Shown in pieces: positions 25,263-29,203 of a DNA stretch of 29,203 nucleotides; within the stretch, counting starts at the first letter, position 1, and each line of letters starts with the position of its first letter. Below the pieces are notes generated by a model. That model had not been told where the DNA came from and did no database searches. It saw only the letters and a program-made list of their open reading frames with translations. The translations under genes and the position numbers were made by a program. The stretch covers positions 1 to 29,203 of the forward strand of contig JBDGTS010000023.1 in the NCBI GenBank assembly GCA_042216675.1, read 5' to 3'. The DNA is from Halobacteriaceae archaeon (GTDB lineage: Archaea; Halobacteriota; Halobacteria; Halobacteriales; Halobacteriaceae).

Positions 25263-26927
25263 ATGGCTCCGTTGCTCGCCCACCCGATGCTGGCGACGTA
25301 CGTCGTGGTCTTCAGCGCCGCGGCCGTCGCCTGTCTCGCGAGTGCGGTCCGGGCGCTCTCGGTGGACGACGACGACACGCGGCGGGGCCTCGTGGCCTTC
25401 CTCGTCACCAGCGGGGGGTGGGCGGCCGCCCACGTCGGCTACCTCACGGTGCCGACGCCCGAACTGAAGTACGTGTTCTACACCGTGGGCCTCCTCATCG
25501 GCTTCAGCGCCGTCGGCCCGTGGCTCTACTTCTGCTCGGCCTACACCGGCCGCTCGCTCCACCGGAACGGAACCATCCGGCGCATCGCCGTCGGCACGTA
25601 TCTCAGCGTCGCCGCGGTGAAGGTGACGAACCCACTCCACCAGATGTACTTCACCACGGAGTACGTCACCGAGCCGTTCCCGTACCTCGTCGTCCATTCC
25701 GGAATTCCCCACTGGCTCGTGATGGCGCTCTCCTACGCTCTCGCCAGCGTCGGCTACTTCATGCTGTTCGAGCTGTTCGTGCAGGTCGGCCACGACACCC
25801 GGGCGCTGGCCGCGCTCATCGGCGTTACGGGTCTGCCTGTCTTCCTCGACGTCGCCGGGTTCTCCACGGACTGGCTCGTGGACATCACGTACGAGCCGAT
25901 CGGCGTCGCGGCGTTCGCCGTCGGCGTCCTGTTTCTCTACATCGAGCAGTTTCAGGTCGTCCAGTTCGCGGGCCGCCACGAGGACCCGGTGCTCGTGTTG
26001 ACCGAGGACGAGCGATTGCGGGACTTCAACGAGCGGGTGTTGGCGCTGTTTCCGGACCTCTCGCGGGACGACCTCGGCGAACCGCTGTCCGCGGTCCTTC
26101 CCGAGGTGAGCGACGTCCTCGGCGCCGAGGAGCCAATCATCGACGTCGTCCGGAACGGCGAGACGCGCTACTACCGCGTGACGGACACCCGGTTCGCGGC
26201 GGGGCAGACGAGTCTCGGCCGCGTCCTCCTCTTCGACGATGTGACCGACCGCGAGGAGTACCGTCGGCGCCTCGAACGGCAGAACGAGCGCCTCGAACGC
26301 TTCGCGAGCGTCGTCTCCCACGACCTCAGGAACCCCCTCACCGTGGCGCAGGGCCGCCTCGAACTCGCCCGCGAGGAGTGCGACTCCGAGTCGCTGGCGA
26401 CGGTCGAGCGCTCGCTCGACCGGATGGCGGCGCTCATCGAGGACCTGCTGACGCTGGCGCGGCAGGGCCGCGACATCGACGAGACGGTGACGGTCCGTCT
26501 CGGCGACGCCGCCGAGACGGCGTGGGGGCAGATTGACGCCCCGGACGCCGTCCTCGAAGTGGCGGGCGACCAGACCTTCGAGGCCGACCCCGACCGCCTC
26601 CAGCAGCTGTTCGAGAACCTGTTTCGCAACGCGGTGGAACACGGCGGCCCCGACGTGACGGTCCGCGTCGGGCCGCTCTCGGGGGAGCCCGGCTTCTACG
26701 TTGAGGACGACGGTCCGGGCATCCCCCCTGAGGAACGTGAGGAGGTGCTGGAATCCGGCTTCACCACGTCCGAGGACGGCACCGGTTTCGGCCTCGCCAT
26801 CGTCGCGGAGATCGCCCGCGCCCACGGCTGGGAGATACGGGTCACGGAGAGCGAGTGGGGCGGCGCACGCTTCGACGTCGTCGGGCCGGGTCAGCCCTCA
26901 AGCACGTCCGCGAGCGTCGTCCGGTGA
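25263..26927 (+). CDS. Sensor histidine kinase with N-terminal 7TM (HisKA_7TM-like) and PAS-like domains
   Basis: About seven hydrophobic helices, H-box SHDLRNPL, N-box ENLFRNAVEH, DDGPGI and GTGFGL. Start at 25263 or 25287. Confidence 0.9.
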   Translation: MAPLLAHPMLATYVVVFSAAAVACLASAVRALSVDDDDTRRGLVAFLVTSGGWAAAHVGYLTVPTPELKYVFYTVGLLIGFSAVGPWLYFCSAYTGRSLHRNGTIRRIAVGTYLSVAAVKVTNPLHQMYFTTEYVTEPFPYLVVHSGIPHWLVMALSYALASVGYFMLFELFVQVGHDTRALAALIGVTGLPVFLDVAGFSTDWLVDITYEPIGVAAFAVGVLFLYIEQFQVVQFAGRHEDPVLVLTEDERLRDFNERVLALFPDLSRDDLGEPLSAVLPEVSDVLGAEEPIIDVVRNGETRYYRVTDTRFAAGQTSLGRVLLFDDVTDREEYRRRLERQNERLERFASVVSHDLRNPLTVAQGRLELAREECDSESLATVERSLDRMAALIEDLLTLARQGRDIDETVTVRLGDAAETAWGQIDAPDAVLEVAGDQTFEADPDRLQQLFENLFRNAVEHGGPDVTVRVGPLSGEPGFYVEDDGPGIPPEEREEVLESGFTTSEDGTGFGLAIVAEIARAHGWEIRVTESEWGGARFDVVGPGQPSSTSASVVR

Positions 26928-27307
26928 CAGCGCTTGTCGTCGGTGTTCTCGTAGCAGACCAGCACGAGGTCCTCGCCGTCGTCGAGGCGCGCCCGGAGGT
27001 CGGCCACCGCGTCCGCGGCGGCCCCGGACGACAGATGCTCGCGGTAGCGGGCCTCGAAGTCCGCCTCCTCGAAGGCGGCGTTGTGCGCGCCCGACTCGCA
27101 GACTCCCTGCATCTTCAGGGCCTCCTCGCGCGCCTGTACCTCGTCGAGCAAGTCCGCCGGCGGGCCGAGCGCCGGTACGTTCTCGTGGACGGCGGCCCGA
27201 AACCACGACGTAGGTCGGCGGACGACGCCGACGAGAGTGGCCGACCCCGAATCGAAGAGGCCGTGTCGGAGCGCCGCCGCGTACGTCTCGTCCACGTCGC
27301 CGGGCAC
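26891..27307 (-). CDS. DUF488 family protein
   Basis: GVVRRPTSWF...ENVPALGPP...ARYREHL...LVCYE...CHRTTL. Confidence 0.8.
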   Translation of the reverse strand: MPGDVDETYAAALRHGLFDSGSATLVGVVRRPTSWFRAAVHENVPALGPPADLLDEVQAREEALKMQGVCESGAHNAAFEEADFEARYREHLSSGAAADAVADLRARLDDGEDLVLVCYENTDDKRCHRTTLADVLEG

Positions 27308-27309
27308 GG

Positions 27310-27765
27310 TCAGTCGGCCTTGTACTCCGTCCGGTAGCCGCGGAACTCCTGACGGTGAGCCTCCTCGTCGGCGAGAATCGTCACGGCGAGGTCCTCCGTC
27401 ACCGGGTCGTCCGCGTCCTCCGCAGCGTCGATGAGCGCGCGGTACGTCTCGATGGCGTCGTTCTCGGCGTCGAGGACGCCTTCGATGACCGTGAGAACGT
27501 CCGTCGTGTCCTCGGGGGGTTGGAGCGAGTCCTGTCGCGCCGTGAACGTCGCGGATCCGGGCGGCGCGGATTCGAGTTGCTTCAGTCGCTCGCCCAACTG
27601 CTCGGCGTGGGTCAGTTCCTCCTGTATGTCGGCCTGCAGAGACTCCTTGATTTCCTCGGCCCGCACGCCGTCGAGGACGATGGAGTTAGAGAGGTAGTTC
27701 ATGACTGTCTCGATCTCGTCTTCGTACGCCTTCCGGAGGAGGCGGATGACTTCGTCGTCTGCCAT
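27310..27765 (-). CDS. Ferritin-like (di-iron four-helix bundle) protein
   Basis: DEIETVMNY...EELTHA...ENDAIETY...DEEAH. Start at ATG 27765. Confidence 0.88.
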   Translation of the reverse strand: MADDEVIRLLRKAYEDEIETVMNYLSNSIVLDGVRAEEIKESLQADIQEELTHAEQLGERLKQLESAPPGSATFTARQDSLQPPEDTTDVLTVIEGVLDAENDAIETYRALIDAAEDADDPVTEDLAVTILADEEAHRQEFRGYRTEYKAD

Positions 27766-27776
27766 ACGTACGGACG

Positions 27777-27798
27777 TACTTTCCGAACCCGGAAAGTA
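27777..27798. promoter_or_regulatory. Perfect inverted repeat TACTTTCCG-AACC-CGGAAAGTA, candidate operator
   Basis: 9-bp arms in the divergent ferritin/DJ-1 intergenic region, 12-33 nt upstream of the ferritin ATG. Confidence 0.55.
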
Positions 27799-27845
27799 GT
27801 ATGGGCGAACCGGGGGTTTTCTCTCCCGCCGCCCTCCCTCCGACG

Positions 27846-28532
27846 ATGCCAACTGCGCTGTTCGTCGTCAGCGAACACGGCTACTGGGGCGAGGAGTGCG
27901 TCGAACCGCTCACCACGCTCTCGGACGCGGGCGTCGACGTGACCGTCGCGACGCCCTCGGGCGACCCGCCGGTCCTCGACGAGCGCTCGGTCGACCCCGA
28001 GGAGGTGGACTCCGACCTCGCCGACCTGGTCCGCGAGGTCCACGAGAACGATCCGCGGCTCAACGACCCGATTCCGGTCGCGACAGCCGACGCCACCGAC
28101 TACGACGCCGTCGTGTTCCCGGGCGGCCACGGCACTGCGTGGGACGTGAATCAGGACGTCCACGCCCGGACGCTCCTGCGCGACGCCGTCGCGGGCGCGG
28201 ACGGGACGGCCCTCGTCGTCTGCCACGCCGTCGGCATCCTCGCGTTCACCCGGGACCGCGACGGCGAGTTCCTCGCCGACGGGCGCTCCGTGACCGGGTT
28301 CCCGAACGCGTGGGAGGAGGGTATCGTGGACGAACGGGACCGCCTGCCCGACGGCCGGAAACTCCCCTACTGGGTCGAAGACGAGGTGCGCGCGGTCGGC
28401 GCGGACTGGGACGCCGAACTCGACGCCGAGACGAGCGTCAGGGCCGACGGCGACCTGATAACGGCCCGCGGCCCAGCGTCCTCCGCCGCGGCCGCGGACC
28501 GCCTCTGTGTCGCCCTCGGCGTCGCGGACTGA
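27846..28532 (+). CDS. DJ-1/PfpI family (type 1 glutamine amidotransferase-like) protein
   Basis: GYWGEEC, YDAVVFPGGHG, VCHA (nucleophile Cys) and DGDLITARGPASS. Start at ATG 27846. Confidence 0.9.
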   Translation: MPTALFVVSEHGYWGEECVEPLTTLSDAGVDVTVATPSGDPPVLDERSVDPEEVDSDLADLVREVHENDPRLNDPIPVATADATDYDAVVFPGGHGTAWDVNQDVHARTLLRDAVAGADGTALVVCHAVGILAFTRDRDGEFLADGRSVTGFPNAWEEGIVDERDRLPDGRKLPYWVEDEVRAVGADWDAELDAETSVRADGDLITARGPASSAAAADRLCVALGVAD

Positions 28533-29203
28533 CTACGACCGAATCTCCGCCATGTGGTCGATGCGTCGCTGGACCAACTCGGCCGTGCCGATGTCGTGGC
28601 GCACGCGCAGGCCGTCGCCGACGGCGGCGAGGGCGTCCTCGGCCTCCGCCTCCGCCTCGGCGATGGTGTCCGCGACGCCGACGACGGCGAAGGAGCGAGA
28701 GGTGGTCGTGTAGATGCCGTCCGCGCGGTCGTCGACGCTCGCGTAGAACAGGAGGGCGTCGCCCACGGAATCCTCGTCCACGGCGACTTTCGTGCCACCT
28801 TCGGGGTCCTCGGGGTAGCCCGCTGGCACAGCGTACTTGCACACCGTCGCTTGCTCGGCGAAGTCGAGGTCGGGAAGCGAGTCGCCGTCACGAGCGGCCG
28901 TCAGCACGTCCACGAACGGCGTCTCCAGAACCGGGAGCGTGTTCATCGCCTCTGGGTCGCCAAAGCGGGCGTTGAACTCCACCACCTTCGGCCCCTCGGC
29001 GGTGAGCATGAACTGGCCGTAGAGGACGCCCTTGTAGCCGTCGAGTGCGTCCACGACTTCCTCGATGATGCCGACGGCGTCCTCGTAGTCGCCCTCGTCC
29101 ATGAACGGGAGCGAGTCGCTGGCGTCGGAGTACGACCCCATGCCGCCCGTGTTCGGTCCCTCGTCGCCCTCGTAGGCGCGCTTGTGGTCCTGCACGGCGG
29201 GCG
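28533..29203 (-). CDS. purD: Phosphoribosylamine-glycine ligase, C-terminal part (5' end outside window)
   Basis: [37 protein letters not shown] and RHDIG. Confidence 0.95.
   Translation of the reverse strand, partial: PAVQDHKRAYEGDEGPNTGGMGSYSDASDSLPFMDEGDYEDAVGIIEEVVDALDGYKGVLYGQFMLTAEGPKVVEFNARFGDPEAMNTLPVLETPFVDVLTAARDGDSLPDLDFAEQATVCKYAVPAGYPEDPEGGTKVAVDEDSVGDALLFYASVDDRADGIYTTTSRSFAVVGVADTIAEAEAEAEDALAAVGDGLRVRHDIGTAELVQRRIDHMAEIRS

Noticed and set aside
517-28975. Many long Arg/Pro/Gly-rich or antisense ORFs in the track (e.g. 517-1446, 4775-6580, 15787-17472, 23353-25257)
   Set aside because: They are shadow frames of real genes caused by high GC3 and few stop codons. They have no motifs and non-halophilic composition.

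Overview
High-GC DNA encoding acidic proteins, with leaderless genes and TATA-like boxes about 25-30 nt upstream of starts. This is a haloarchaeal (Halobacteria) chromosomal segment. In order it holds: tRNA-Leu(CAA); a PL11 rhamnogalacturonan lyase with no signal peptide; a regulatory cluster (two HTH_10/Bat-type regulators, one of them DmsR/NarO-like, a winged-helix regulator, a PNPOx-like flavin-binding protein and a 54-aa CPxCG zinc-ribbon protein missing from the ORF track) with shared promoter motifs; DUF309; an M14 deacylase; UPF0179; a 27-aa membrane peptide; a P5C-dehydrogenase-like ALDH; tRNA-Glu(UUC); a decayed histidine-kinase remnant; a CBS protein; 3-hydroxyacyl-CoA dehydrogenase/enoyl-CoA hydratase; a RimK-retropepsin fusion divergent from a second M14 deacylase; a Dpp/Opp ABC transporter split into two convergent halves, with three small membrane proteins and two coupled mini-ORFs; sdhCDBA; an orphan 7TM histidine kinase; DUF488; a ferritin-like protein; DJ-1/PfpI; and the 3' part of purD. 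No integrase, transposase or CRISPR array was seen. All family calls come from motif recognition by eye, not from database searches.
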